From positions 930,001 through 986,846 of the forward strand of contig JANJGN010000189.1 of the NCBI GenBank assembly GCA_026770705.1: a DNA stretch of 56,846 bases, read 5' to 3'. A model generated the notes under the pieces. The model had not been told where the DNA came from. It was given only the letters and a program-made list of their open reading frames with translations, and did not search any database. Every line of letters begins with the position of its first letter. Position 1 is the stretch's first letter. Source of the DNA: Isurus oxyrinchus (Eukaryota). The translations under genes were made by a program, and so were the position numbers. Shown piece after piece: positions 1 to 12,849 of the stretch.

Positions 1-108
1 CTCCCTCAGTACTGACCCTCCAACAGTGCAGCACTCCCTCACTGGGAAGAGTCCGTCCGCATTTTAAGCTGAAACCTTGAGACGGTCTCAAAATCCCAAC
101 CTTCCATC

Positions 109-810
109 TCAGAGAGAGAGAGTGCGTTTATGTGAGAGAGAGAGACAATGTATGTGTGAGAGACTGAGAGTGTGTATGTGTGAGAGAGCAAAAGAGAGGT
201 AGAGTGTGTGTGCATGAGAGAGGGAGGTAGCTTGTGTGTGTGAGAGAGAGAGTGTGTGTGAGAGAAAGAGAACGTCTGTGAGAGTGAGAGAGAATTTATG
301 TGTGAGAGAGAAAGATAGAGAGAATGTGCGTGTGAGATAGTGTGTGTGCAAAACAGAGTGTGTGTCTGTGAGAGAGTGTTTGTGTATGTGAGAGTGTGTG
401 TGTGAGATCGTGTGTGTGTGTGTGTTTGAGAAAGAGGGTGTGTGTGTTTGAGAGAGGGAGTGTGCGAGAAAGAGATGGTGTGAGCGTTTGAGGGAGGGGG
501 AGATTGTGTTTTTGAGACAGGGAGTGAGAGAGAACATGTGTGTGAGAGAGAGAGTGTGTGTGTATGTGTGTGTGTGAAAGAGAAAGTGTTTGTGCAAAAC
601 AGTGTGTGTTTGAGAGTATGTGTGCATGTGTGAGTGTGTGTGTGTGTGTGCTAATGTTTGTGTCTGTGTGTGTGTGAGGGTTTGTGTGTGAGTGAGTTTG
701 TGCGTTTGTGTGCGTGTGTGTGTGCATGTGTGTGCGTGAAAGAGTGTTTGTGCAAAAGAGTGTGTGTTTGAGAGTATGTGTGCATGTGTGAGTGTGTGTG
801 TGTGCTAGTG
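109..810. repeat. Compound (TG)n/(AG)n microsatellite ending at an assembly gap
   Basis: Interspersed TG and AG runs; source of the His/Thr/Leu/Ser-rich spurious ORFs. Confidence 0.95.
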
Positions 811-955
811 NNNNNNNNNNNNNNNNNNNNNNNNNNNNNNNNNNNNNNNNNNNNNNNNNNNNNNNNNNNNNNNNNNNNNNNNNNNNNNNNNNNNNNNNNN
901 NNNNNNNNNNNNNNNNNNNNNNNNNNNNNNNNNNNNNNNNNNNNNNNNNNNNNNN
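811..955. other. Assembly gap (N run)
   Basis: Run of n. Confidence 1.
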
Positions 956-1439
956 ACAGTTACACACGTTGCTAGGGACCACTTTTCCGCCTCTCTGTCA
1001 GACTGTGTGTATCTGACAGCAGGTCAGGCAGAAATAGTCCAGAATGCGCTGTGGTTTTGTAGCATTGAAACAACGACAGGAACTAAATGAGTGCTGCACC
1101 AAATAAAGACATGGAGTTACCACACCAAAAAAACCACGTGACATCCCCAGTTTCACATCTCCCTCAAACACAGAAAAACTGAGTTAACACTGACCCTCCT
1201 CCCAGAGCCAGTTCACCTCGTGTCCGATGCAGTCAGGAGAGGAAGATCATCTCTCCTCCGATCCTGCTAAACTGAACATTTCCAGAATTAGATCAGCTCC
1301 CTGAAGTGTCTCCAGTTAGACATTCATCTGACAGGATTGGCTCTAAAACCCTGGGGACTCATTCTCCTGTAAGTAAAACACTTGCTGCTCCTGTCAAATC
1401 TCTTCTGTACAGCATGGTCTCTGGATGTCCCAGAACACT

Positions 1440-1690
1440 TTACAGTTGAGTTCACCCTTTTTTCGAAGTGTGGTTACTGTTGTAATGTAGGAAACGCAGC
1501 AGCCAATTAGCGCACAGCAAGCTCCCACAAACAGCAATGTGATCATCTGTTTTTGGTGATGTTGGTTGAGGGATAAATATTGGTGCCAGGACACCGGGGA
1601 GATCTCCCCCCTGCTCTTCCTCCAAATAGTGGCTGTGGGATCTTTCACACCCGCCCGAGAGGGCAGACGGGGGACTCGGTTTAGTGTCTA
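1440..1690 (-). mobile_element. DeuSINE-like (SacSINE1/AmnSINE1-type) fragment
   Basis: Reverse-complement match to 15860-16150 and 18200-18570 (gatcccacagccactatttggagg...ccccggtgtcctggcaccaatatttatccctca...). Family name from recall of the Deu-domain. Confidence 0.7.
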
Positions 1691-2679
1691 ATATTGGACT
1701 AATCTCCAGGCGAGGTTGGCTGGATGGTTTATTGACAAGGTCCATTCACCCTGTAAAGAGTTTCTCTGGTTTGAAATACCCGATCAAACATCGAGTTCTG
1801 TGTCTAAACCTTGTGTTGAAAAGACACCTTTCCAGCTCTTCACCTGCCATTAGCTTGTTGAGTCTTCACATGCTCCGTCTGTCCGTGGCCAACCCCTCTT
1901 AGCTCATCCTTTCCTTGTCGTACATCGAGCTGTTCATCCTGACGGGTTCCCTCCTTCCCAGTAACACTCCATCTCCGACATCAAACTAACTCCCAACACG
2001 TTGATGAATTGTATGGATTCCAGCGTCAGTTGGTTCTGTCTGAGGCTGTTTCTCTGATCGGGGACCGAGCTGTTCTGAATGGACATTGTGTTCAGTACTG
2101 ATCCTCCGACAGTGCAGCACTCCCTCAGTACTTACCCTCTGACAGTGCAGCACGCCCTCAGTACTGATCCTCTGACAGTGCAGCACTCCCTCACCACTCC
2201 CTCACTGGGGAGAATCTACCTGGGTTTTGAGCTGAAATCATGAGCAGGTCTTAAAACATTCTGTATCAGAGAGAGAGAGAGTGTCTGAGAGAGAGAGAGA
2301 GACAGAGAGACTGTGTGAGAGAGAAAAAGAGATAGAGAGTGTGCATGTGTGAGGGAGAGTGTTTGTACATGAGGGAGAGAGTGTGCATGTGAGAGTGTGT
2401 GAGAGAGAGTGTGTGGGAGAGAGCGTGTGTTTGTGACAGAGAGTGTGTGTGCGTGTGCGAGGGAGAGAAAGAGAGAGACAGCAGAAGATCGAGATGAAGA
2501 GAAATGTTAAATGTTTGAGAGAGAGAGAATGTGTGTGTCTGAGAGAGAGTGTGTGCTTGACAGAAAGAGAGATTGTGTTAGTTTTAGGGAAAGTGTGTGA
2601 GTGTGTGAGAGAGTGTTTGTGTCTGAGAGAGAGAGAGAATGTATTTGAGGGAGGGAGACAGAGAGAATGTGTGTGTGAG

Positions 2680-5600
2680 AGAGAGAGATAGAGCAGAAGA
2701 GTGCGATAGAGAGAGATTGTGAGTGTCAGAGAGAGAATGTGTGTGTGTGTGTGAGACAGATAGAGCAGAAGAGTGTGATAGAGAGAGATTGTGAATGTTA
2801 GAGAGAGAATGTGTGTGTGAGAGAGAGAGAGAGAGAGCAGAAGAGTGCGATAGAGAGAGATTGTGAGTGTTAGAGAGAGAATGTGTGTGAGAGAGAGAGA
2901 GATAGAGCAGAAGAGTGCGATAGAGATTGTGTTCGTGAGAGAGAGAGAGAGCAGAAGAGTGTGATAGAGAGAGATTGTGAGTGTTAGAGAGAGAATGTGT
3001 GTGTGAGAGAGAGATAGAGCAGAAGAGTGTGATAGAGAGAGATTGTGAGTGTTAGAGAGAGAATGTGTGTGTGAGAGAGAGAGAGAGAGCAGAAGAGTGT
3101 GATAGAGAGAGATTGTGAGTGTTAGAGAGAGAATATGTGTGTGTGAGAGAGAGAGAGAGATAGAGCAGAAGAGTGTGATAGAGAGAGATTGTGAGTGTTA
3201 GAGAGAGAATGTGTGTTTGTGAGAGAGAGAGAGAGATAGAGCAGAAGAGTGTGATAGAGAGAGATTGTGAGTGTTAGAGAGAGAATGTGTGTGTGTGTGA
3301 GAGAGATAGAGCAGAAGAGTGTGATAGAGAGAGATTGTGAGTGTTAGAGAGAGAATGTGTGTGTGTGAGAGAGAGAGAGATAGAGCAGAAGAGTGCGATA
3401 GAGAGAGATTGTGTTTGTGAGAGAGAGAATGTGTGTGTGTGAGAGAGAGAGAGATAGAGCAGAAGAGTGCGATAGAGAGAGATTGTGTTTGTGAGAGAGA
3501 GAATGTGTGTGTGTGAGAGAGAGAGATAGAGCAGAAGAGTGCGATAGAGAGAGATTGTGTTTGTGAGAGAGAGAATGTGTGTGTGTGAGAGAGAGAGAGA
3601 TAGAGCAGAAGAGTGCGATAGAGAGAGATTGTGTTTGTGAGAGAGAGAATGTGTGTGTGAGAGAGAGATAGAGCAGAAGAGTGCGATAGAGAGAGATTGT
3701 GAGTGTTAGAGAGAGAATGTGTGTGTGTGAGAGAGAGAGAGCAGAAGAGTGTGATAGAGAGAGATTGTGTTTGTGAGAGAGAGAATGTGTGTGTGTGAGA
3801 GAGAGAGAGAGAGAGCAGAAGAGTGCGATAGAGAGAGATTGTGTTTGTGAGAGAGAGAATGTGTGTGTGTGAGAGAGAGAGAGAGAGAGCAGAAGAGTGC
3901 GATAGAGAGAGATTGTGTTTGTGAGAGAGAGAATGTGTGTGTGAGAGAGAGAGAGATAGAGCAGAAGAGTGTGATAGAGAGAGATTATGAGAGTTAGAGA
4001 GAGAATGTGTGTGTGAGAGAGAGAGAGATAGAGCAGAAGAGTGTGATAGACAGAGATTGTGAGTGTTAGAGAGAGAATGTGTGTGTGTGAGAGAGAGAGA
4101 GATAGAGCAGAAGAGTGTGATAGAGAGAGATTGTGAGTGTTAGAGAGAGAATGTGTGTGTGTGAGAGAGAGAGATAGAGCAGAAGAGTGTGATAGAGAGA
4201 GATTGTGAGTGTTAGAAAGAGAATGTGTGTGTGTGTGTGAGAGAGATAGAGCAGAAGAGTGTGATAGAGAGAGATTGTGAGTGTCAGAGAGAGAATGTGT
4301 GTTTGTGAGAGAGAGAGATAGAGCAGAATAGTGTGATAGAGAGAGATTGTGAGTGTTAGAGAGAGAATGTGTGTGTGTGTGAGAGAGAGAGATAGAGCAG
4401 AAGAGTGCGATAGAGAGAGATTGTGTTTGTTAGAGAGAGAATGTGTGTGTGTAAGAGAGAGATAGAGCACAGGAGTGTGATAGAGAGAGATTGTGAGTGT
4501 TAGAGAGAGAATGTGTGTGTGTGTGAGAGAGATAGATAGAGCAGAAGAGTGCGATAGAGAGAGATTGTGAGTCTTAGAGAGAGAATGTGTGTTTGTGAGA
4601 GAGAGAGAGCAGAAGAGTGCGATAGAGAGAGATTGTGTTTGTGAGCGAGAGAGAGAGAGCAGTAGAGTGCGATAGAGAGAGATTGTGTTTGTTAGAGAGA
4701 GAATGTGTGTGTGAGAGAGAGAGATAGAGCAGAAGAGTGTGATAGAGAGAGATTGTGAGTGTTAGAGAGAGAATGTGTGTGTGTGTGAGAGAGATAGAGC
4801 AGAAGAGTGCGATAGAGAGAGATTGTGTTTGTGAGAGAGAGAGAGAGAGCAGTAGAGTGCGATAGAGAGAGATTGTGTTTGTTAGAGAGAGAATGTGTGT
4901 GTGTGTGAGAGAGATAGAGCAGAAGAGTGCGATAGAGAGAGATTGTGTTTGTGAGAGAGAGAGAATGTGTGTGTGTGAGAGAGAGAGAGAGCAGAAGAGT
5001 GCGATAGAGAGAGATTGTGAGTGTTAGAGAGAGAATGTGTGTGTGTGAGAGAGAGATAGAGCAGAGGAGTGTGATAGAGAGAGATTGTGAGTGTTAGAGA
5101 GAGAATGTGTGTGTGTGTGAGAGAGAGATGGAGCAGAAGAGTGCGATAGAGAGAGATTGTGAGTGTTAGAGAGAGAATGTGTGTGTGTGAGAGAGAGAGA
5201 GATAGAGCAGAAGAGTGTGATAGAGAGAGATTGTGAGTGTTAGAGAGAGAATGTGTGTGTGTGAGAGAGAGAGAGATAGAGCAGAAGAGTGTGATAGAGA
5301 GAGATTGTGAGTGTTAGAGAGAGAATGTGTGTGTGTGAGAGAGAGAGAGATAGAGCAGAAGAGTGTGATAGAGAGAGATTGTGAGTGTTAGAGAGAGAAT
5401 GTGTGTGTGTGAGAGAGAGAGAGCAGAAGAGTGTGATAGAGAGAGATTGTGTTTGTTAGAGAATGAGTGTGTGTGTGAAAGAGAGATACAGCAGAGGAGT
5501 GTGATAGAGAGAGATTGTGAGTGTTAGAGAGAGAATGTGTGTGTGTGAGAGAGAGAGATAGAGCAGAAGAGTGTGATAGAGAGAGATTGTGAGTGTTAGA

Positions 5601-6970
5601 GAGAGAATGTGTGTGTGATAGAGAGAGATAGAGCAGAAGAGTGCGATAGAGAGAGATTGTGAGTGTTAGAGAGAGAATGTGTGTGTGTGAGAGAGATAGA
5701 GCAGAAGAGTGCGATAGAGAGAGATTGTGTTTGTTAGAGAGAGAATGTGTGTGTGTGAGAGAGAGAGAGAGCAGAAGAGTGCGATAGAGAGAGATTGTGA
5801 GTGTTAGAGAGAGAATGTGTGTGAGAGAGAGATAGAGCAGAAGACTGTGATAGAGAGAGATTGTGAGTGTTGGAGAGAGAATGTGTGTGTGTGAGAGAGA
5901 GATAGAGCAGAAGAGTGCGATAGAGAGAGATTGTGTTTGTTAGAGAGAGAATGTGTGTGTGTGAGAGAGAGAGATAGAGCCGTAGAGTGCGATAGAGAGA
6001 GATTGTGAGTGTTAGAGAGAGAATGTGTGTGATAGAGAGAGAGATAGAGCAGAGGAGCGTGATAGAGAGAGATTGTGAGTGTTCGAGAGAGAATGTGTGT
6101 GTGTGAGAGAGAGAGATAGAGCAGTAGAGTGCGATAGAGAGAGATTGTGAGTGTTAGAGAGAGAATGTGTGTGTGTGAGAGAGAGAGATAGAGCAGAGGA
6201 GTGTGATAGAGAGAGATTGTGAGTGTTAGAGAGAGAATGTGTGTGTGTGAGAGAGAGAGATAGAGCAGTAGAGTGCGATAGAGAGAGATTGTGAGTGTTA
6301 GAGAGAGAATGTGTGTGTGTGAGAGAGAGAGATAGAGCAGAAGAGTGTGATAGAGAGAGATTGTGTTTGTGAGAGAGAGAGAGAGAGCAGTAGAGTGCGA
6401 TAGAGAGAGATTGTGTTTGTTAGAGAGAGAAGGTGTGTGTGTGTGTGAGAGAGACAGAGCAGAAGAGTGTGAAAGACAGAGATTGTGAGTGTTAGAGAGA
6501 GAATGTGTGTGTGAGAGAGATAGAGAGAGCAGAAGAGAGCGATAGAGAGAGATTGTGTTTGTTAGAGAGAGAATGTGTGTGTGTGAGAGAGAGAGTTAGA
6601 GCAGAAGAGTGTGATAGAGATTGTGAGGGTTAGAGAGAGAATGTGTGTGTGTGAGAGAGAGAGAGCAGAAAAGTGCGAGAGAGATTGTGAGTGTTAGAGA
6701 GAGAATGTGTGTGTGTGAGAGAGAGATAGAGCAGAAGAGTGCGATAGATAGAGATTGTGAGTGTTGGAGAGAGAATGTGTGTGAGAGAGAGAGAGAGATA
6801 GAGCAGAATAGTGTGATAGAGAGAGATTGTGAGTGTTAGAGAATGTGTGTGTGTGAGAGAGAGAGATAGAGCAGAAGAGTGTGATCGAGAGAGATTGTGA
6901 GTGTTAGAGAGAGAATGTGTGTGTGAGAGAGAGAGATAGAGCAGAAGAGTGCGATAGATAGATATTGTGA
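2680..6970. repeat. ~4.3 kb tandem array of a ~60-65 bp compound unit (GAGCAGAAGAGTGYGATAGAGAGAGATTGTGAGTGTTAGAGAGAGAATGTG(TG)n(AG)n)
   Basis: About 70 consecutive units with fixed cores and variable TG/AG run lengths. Confidence 0.95.
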
Positions 6971-7235
6971 GGACTAAACTCACTGAGAGAAAAATCTGGA
7001 CACCCAGCACAGGGAGTGAGGGAACAATGAATTTTTGCCGTGTTTGGTGAATCGGTTTGCGATGTCCCTTCTCAATCTCTCCTTCCTTGTCTTGACATTA
7101 GTTTATTCCCTGGGGCTGTTTAACTCACTGAAAGGTGCCATTTAACCACAAGTTGTTGTTTGAGGAAGAAACGCTGGGGACAATTTATGAAAAAGTCTCT
7201 GTCTTTATCATTTCCATTTAGATGAGGAACTGAAG

Positions 7236-7281
7236 ATGGGAGAGGTCGGTCTGATATTGATCTTCATCAGCTTGCTGCAAG
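7236..7281 (+). pseudogene. Signal-peptide exon of plus-strand Siglec-like pseudogene (MGEVGLILIFISLLQ/G)
   Basis: ATG at 7236, hydrophobic leader, phase-1 donor CAAG|GTAC at 7281/7282 in frame with the V exon at 8102. Confidence 0.75.
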
Positions 7282-7609
7282 GTACAAATTCATTACTGAT
7301 CGGAACTCAGGGAATTGGATTCTTTCCTGGAGTGAGGAAGTGAACATTTAATTTTAGAGAACAGGGTTAGTGATCACACAGAGAGTGAGTGATTAGCGAG
7401 TCAGAGAATATAGCAAAAGCAAAAGCCTCATACGGACTCGAAACACCAACTCTGTTTCTCTCTCCACAGATGCTGTCAGACCTGCTGAGTTTTTCCAGCA
7501 TTTTCTGTTTGTGCATCAGAGAGCTTGTTTCAATAGGAATGACAGTGCATTTATATAGCACCTTTAATGCAGTAAAACATCCTTATTGCTTCACAGGATT
7601 CCCCCACAA

Positions 7610-8020
7610 GGGGTAACATCACCTCAGCATCGACCCTGTCAAACCCCCCACCACCTCAGAATCTTATATGTTTCAATAAGATCACCTCTCATTCTTCTAA
7701 ACTCCAATGGATACAGGGCCCAACCTGCTCAACATTTCCTCATAAGACAAACCCCCTTCATCCCAGGAATCAGCCCAGTGATCCTCCTCTGAATTGCCTC
7801 CAATGCAGAGTCTATCCCTCCCTAAGTAAGGAGACCAGAACTGTACACACTGCTCCTGATACAATCTCACCAACGCCCTGTACAGTTGTAGCAAGACTCC
7901 CCTCCTTTTATACTCCATCCCTTTGCAATAAAGGCCAACATTCCACTTGCCTTCCTCATTCCGTGCTGTTCCTGAATGCTGACTTTCTGTGATTCATGTA
8001 CAAGGACACCCAGATCCCTC
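7610..8020 (-). mobile_element. CR1-type LINE ORF2 3' fragment
   Basis: Translates to LLQLYRALVR...CVQFWSPYL...LSYEEMLSRLG, typical of the CR1 ORF2 C-terminus. Confidence 0.85.
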
Positions 8021-8101
8021 GGTACCGCATTCTGCTGCCTCTCTCCATTGAAGTAATATTCTGCTTTTTGATGTCCTGTCCCCTCCCTTGTTGCCTTTCA
8101 G

Positions 8102-8395
8102 GAGTGACGTCAGAGGGATGGTCTATGAAGGCGCTACCTCGGAGGGCCATCAGCAGCTCTTGTGTGGTTATTCCGTGTAGCTTTGACTTTCCTTCCCACT
8201 CTTACACAGCACTGCACGGAGCTTGGTATAAATATTGGTATAGATGGAAATATACCATCACATATACCAAAGATCCCAATTATGGGGTGGCCACATTCGT
8301 GGGACGTGCTAAAATAATCAGCGACTTGGAAGGGAAGAATTGTTCGGTGAGGATTCACAGTCTCAGAGCTGAAGACAGTGACGTGTATTACACCC
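8102..8395 (+). pseudogene. 3'-truncated Siglec/MAG-like V-set Ig exon
   Basis: Acceptor ctttcag|GA; SCVVIPCSFDFP...HGAWY...FVGRAKIISDLEGKNCSVRIHSLRAEDSDVYY. Stops right after YY, with no F-strand Arg, G strand or donor; followed by Gypsy gag sequence. Confidence 0.85.
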
Positions 8396-8399
8396 AATT

Positions 8400-8790
8400 C
8401 TAAATCTTTTCACCAATTAGTCGTCCTCATGAAGATGTATTTTCAGCTGAAGCCGTGGGTAATAATGCAGAGGTTTAAGTTTAACTCCAGAGTAAGGGCC
8501 CAGGGAGAGTCCATCACAACCTATACAGTGAAGTGGAAGCAGGTGACTGAGCACTGGGACCTCGGAGACACACTCAATGACATGTTGCGGGGCCGATTGG
8601 TTTGTGTCGTTCACCCCAACGCCATTCAGAGCCGTTTACTCGCAGAAGCCGACATCGATTTGAAGCGCACCATGGAAATAGCGCCAGGCATGGAAAGTGC
8701 TGGGAGAGACTGGCGGGATTTACAGGATGTACAACATGGCACCAGTCCTCAGCTGGGACAGGAACCAACCACCGGGCGTGAGGCTCAGAC

Positions 8791-8823
<33 letters not shown>

Positions 8824-9480
8824 CCGCCAAGCGAGAGACAGTCTCTGCCGCTCCAGAAACTAAAAGGCTTCGTGGGAGTATTTCAGCAGCAACTCCGAAG
8901 TTGGCCTGTTCTCGATGTGGGGGGCATTGAGCTCGTACCGGACACCTGCAGGTTCAAGGGAGCAGAATGCCATCACTGCCACAAGAAAGGGGCGGGTAAT
9001 AAAGCAATGCAGGGTGAAATCGAGACAGCCCATCAGACAGTGCACCAACATGATGGAAGTGAATAATATCACAGAGCCTGAAGCTGCTGATACCGATGTC
9101 TATTCCCTGTCCAATGTCACAGTGGTAAAAACTGAACCTATAACCATCACAACCCAAGTGAATGGGCAGCCACTAGTAATGGGGCAGATACGGGAGCCTC
9201 AGACACAGTGGTGGAAGAGCCCACATTTAAACAGCTAAATGAAGGAACCCAGACGCTGAATTTAGAGCCAACAATGGATCAGCTGAAGACACACACTGGA
9301 GAATCCATACAGGGAAAGGACCTCATCCCAGTACCTGTGTCCTACAGGCAGCAGACAGCCCAGCTTCCAGTGATCATAGCGACAGGTGAGGGCCCTAGTC
9401 TTCTGGGCCGAGACTGGTTCCAGAAAACCAAGCTCAGCTGCTCTGAAATGTTTCACTGGAGGAGTTGCTGAGTTGCTGGG
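8400..9480 (+). mobile_element. Degenerate Ty3/Gypsy gag-protease fragment
   Basis: KPWVIMQRFKFNSR..QGES..LNDMLRGRLVC..IQSRLLAE (gag); CSRCGGH/CHHCHKKG zinc knuckles; VNGQPLVM..GPSLLGRDW (protease); frameshifted. Confidence 0.85.
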
Positions 9481-9759
9481 GGAATATGAGAGTGTATCTC
9501 GGAATGAGTTTGAAGAATTGAAGCATCCTCACAGGCTGCAAGTGTCCCTCAGGTCAGAGTTGGTTCCACTGGAAAATCCTGAAGAGAAAGAAAGCGAATT
9601 CTGTGCCGCTCTGAGCAAACTGAAGAAACAGTTGGCAGGGAAGACCCAACCATGTCCAATGTTCCAGGAGGAAGGCAAGAGATACAAGGAAGAGACTGAA
9701 GAGCTGAAGATTCAGCTGAATGAAACCAAAGAGGCAGTTACAGTATCACAACAATTTTA

Positions 9760-10215
9760 CAGAGCAGAAGGAGGCCATTCAGCCCGTCGAGCCTGTTACA
9801 CAGGAACAGGAAGAGGCCCATTCAGCCCCCTCGAGACTGTTACACAGGAACAGAAGGGGGCCATTCAGCCCATTGAGCCTGTTACACAGATACAGGAAGA
9901 GGCCATTCAGCCCCCTCAAGACTGTTACACAGGAACAGGAGCAAGCCCATTCAGCCACTGATGTCTGTTACACAGGAACAGGAGGAGGCCCATTTAGCTC
10001 CTCAAGCCTGTTACACAGGAACTGGAGGAGGCCCATTCAGCCCCCTCGAGCCTGTTACACAGGAACTGGAGGAGGCCCATTCAGCCCCCTCGAGCCTGTT
10101 ACACAAGAACAGGAGGAGGCCCATTCAGCCCCATTGAGCCTGTTACACAGAAAAAGGACGAGGCCCATTCAGCCACTGATGCCCGTTACACAGGAACAGG
10201 AGGAGGCCATTCAGC
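9760..10215. repeat. ~40-bp minisatellite (GAGCCTGTTACACAGGAACAGGAGGAGGCCCATTCAGCCCC)
   Basis: About 11 tandem copies; explains ORFs 9386..9961 and 9720..10367. Confidence 0.9.
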
Positions 10216-11449
10216 CCCTTGTAGGGTGTGGTGGTGTGTGTCAGCTTCACCTGCGACTTCTGAGCCGTCTGAATCGCTCCCACTCCCTGGGTTCTAGACC
10301 TTGGACTTATTCGGGGCTTGTCACAAAGTGCAGCAGACAACTGGTTTTGGTGCAAGACAAAAACTGAGTTTATTGAAGTCACAAATGAACTTCTAACATT
10401 AGGATGACACTGAGATTATACAGACTTACAAAGTACACTGAGTTAAGAATGGGGAACACACGGCATAACGAGGGAGAATCACGCTACTAATGCCCTTACC
10501 CTTGTCCCACCCCCCATCCCTAACTAAATTGCACTAGGAGAGGTCAGGGGTCACGCTCACCAACCCAGGGTTCCTTGACAGGTGGAAATCCAGCCAGGTA
10601 AACCGGTTGCAGTTTTGGGGGACGCTCTTAGTGTCCTCTGGGGCCTGTCATCCCCACGTGGTCCTGGTCTGTGGAATCTGTGAAGGGTCTTCAGTTGGGT
10701 GGAGGGCGCGGTTGTGGGTGGTCGATCTTCATGGAGGGCAGCGGTTGTGGCCTTGTTGTCTTCGGTTGAGCCTGCCACCCCGTGCCCCTCACCGTGATGT
10801 TGCCTGTGGGCCTGCAAACCTCCAGATCTCCTTGCTTAAACTCTGCTTCAGCCGCTCCCAACTGCTCACTGCCCTGTGTCAGCTTTCAACACTGCAACCC
10901 TTCTGCTGGCTGGTTTCTCTCCCAACTGACTGCCCAGTTATACTGCCTTTCGAGTTTCTTATCGCAATCCAAATCAAGGTTCGTTCTTTGTTTGTCTTTG
11001 GTGGGCTTCCCCAGGTGATTGATGTCTCGTTGTTGTTAATGGGCTCGCATGATGTTTATCATTGTCTTCCTGCCCAGTAACTAGTTTTGAACTGAAAGCC
11101 ATTGTATGTGTGGAGTATTGATGGGTTCGCATAATTAAATTGCCGGCCTCAGAAGTTAGGAGCGATTATTGATGCAAGATTTAGATGGGCTTCAGTTGCG
11201 TGTGAAGTGAAGTCTTTCTCTGGGTTGATTGTATTAAAGGGAAGAATGCGTATTCTGTCTCCTCTCGTTGTCTGGTTTCAGGCCAAACATTCCACACTGC
11301 TCTCAATAAGCCCGGACATGTGCAGCCCCAGGCCTTCATGGGCCCAGCCTCCTGTCTGCAGGGTTTTCCACTTAACTCAGCAGTTTAAAGGTGCAAAAGT
11401 GATATCCTTGTTGATGATATGGAAAATGTGGGAATTTTGAGAACCCTTC

Positions 11450-11775
11450 AAGGGATAGGGAGGGTTACAGGGGCTGGAGGAGGTTACAGGTATAGGGAGG
11501 GGTGTAGGGGTTGAAGGTGGTTACAGAGATGGGGAGGGTTGTGGGGGTTGGAGGTGGTTACAGATATAGGGAGGGTTGTGGGGGTTGGAGGAGGTTACAG
11601 AGATGGGGAGGGTTGTGGGGGTTGGAGGTGGTTACAGATATAGGGAGGGGTGTAGGGGTTGAAGGTGGTTACAGAGATGGGGAGGATTGTAGAGGCAGGT
11701 GGAGGCTGCCTTAGGGAGGGTTGTAGGGGCTGGAGGAAAGGGAGAGAGAGAGGAGGTTACAGAAATAGGGAGGGA
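11450..11775. repeat. 37-bp minisatellite (GGAGGGTTGTAGGGGCTGGAGGAGGTTACAGAGATAG)
   Basis: Same unit as 14424-15570 (opposite strand) and 35480-35915. Confidence 0.9.
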
Positions 11776-11914
11776 GACAGTCAGAGAGAGAGCCTCCAGG
11801 AGATAGAGAGCGATAGAGAGATTGAGAGACAGACAGAGACTGAGAGAGGGAGAAGAGAGAAGGAGAGTGAGAGAGAGAGAGAACAAGTGTGAAAGATGGT
11901 GGAAGGGAAGAGTG

Positions 11915-12272
11915 GGGAGGTGTTGGCCTGATGGTATTTCCACTGGACCAGTAATCCAGAGACCCAGTGTAATGCTCCTGGGACCCTGGTTAGAATCCCA
12001 CCACAGCAGTTGGTGGAATTTGAACTCAATAAAAACCTGGAATTAAAAGTCCGATGATGACCAGGAAACCATTGCCGATTCTTGTATTTGGGTCACAAAT
12101 GCCCTTTAGGGAGGGAAATCTGCTGTCCTTACCTGGTCTGGCCTACATGTGACTCCAGACCCACAGCAATGTGGTTCACTTTTAAAAAGTGGCCTCTGAA
12201 CAAGGGCAATTAGGGTTGGGCAATAAATGCTGGCCTAGGCAGTGATGTCCACATCACATGAAAGAATGAAAT
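11915..12272 (+). mobile_element. tRNA-derived SINE with CR1-like 3' tail
   Basis: B-box-like GGTTAGAATCCC head; 3' tail aagggcaattaggg..gggca.taa.tgctggc shared with the LINE 3' end at 53580-54045. Confidence 0.75.
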
Positions 12273-12849
12273 AAAAGGACAGAGAGGGACAGACAGAGTC
12301 GAGAGACACCCAGAATGAAAAAAACACAGTAAACACTGGAAAATAAACATTCTGGTCTGATCTGGTCTTGTATACCTTCAAATGGAACACCAGTAAAACA
12401 GGGAAATAAGAGTACTGGGCCAAACTGTTAGAGAGGGGCACATTTAGAGAGAGAGAGAGAGAGAAAGAGGGAGACACTGAAAGAGATAAGGACAAGGAAA
12501 GAAAGAGTGAGAGAGAGAGACAGACAGAGACACACAAAGAAGTAGAAAGAAAGTGATAGAGATGAAGCAGGAGAGAATGAGGAGAAAGATAGATAGATAG
12601 AGAGAGAGGATGGTAGAGAAAGAGAACGAGAGGAAAAAAGACAAAGGCAGAATGTGATGGAACACTGAATCCTTGTCTATGCGTTTTGAAATCCAGCCCA
12701 GAACTATCATTGGAAGATTCAGCGAGTGTCCAGTACAGGGGACCCAGCCCAACCTTCTCATCCTGACCTTCCCAGTGGGGCTGAAGAGGGCAGAGAGGAA
12801 ACCTTCCTCTGTTATTCTGTTGTCGAATAAACACAACAATTCTGGAACT

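Noticed and set aside
1745-2090. Non-repetitive stretch that could be an exon
   Set aside because: Stops in the plausible frames and no recognisable domain; cannot be supported.
2680-6970. CRISPR-like repeat-spacer array
   Set aside because: The apparent spacers are only TG/AG runs of varying length; eukaryotic context with no cas genes.
9386-10367. 191-aa and 215-aa ORFs
   Set aside because: Retroelement remnant plus the ~40-bp minisatellite; no splice or domain support.
10220-11450. Possible LTR-like element (TGTAGGG...CCCTTCA)
   Set aside because: Termini are suggestive, but there is no TSD and no second copy in the window.
11930-12010. tRNA gene
   Set aside because: SINE head only; no full cloverleaf, and it continues into the SINE body.
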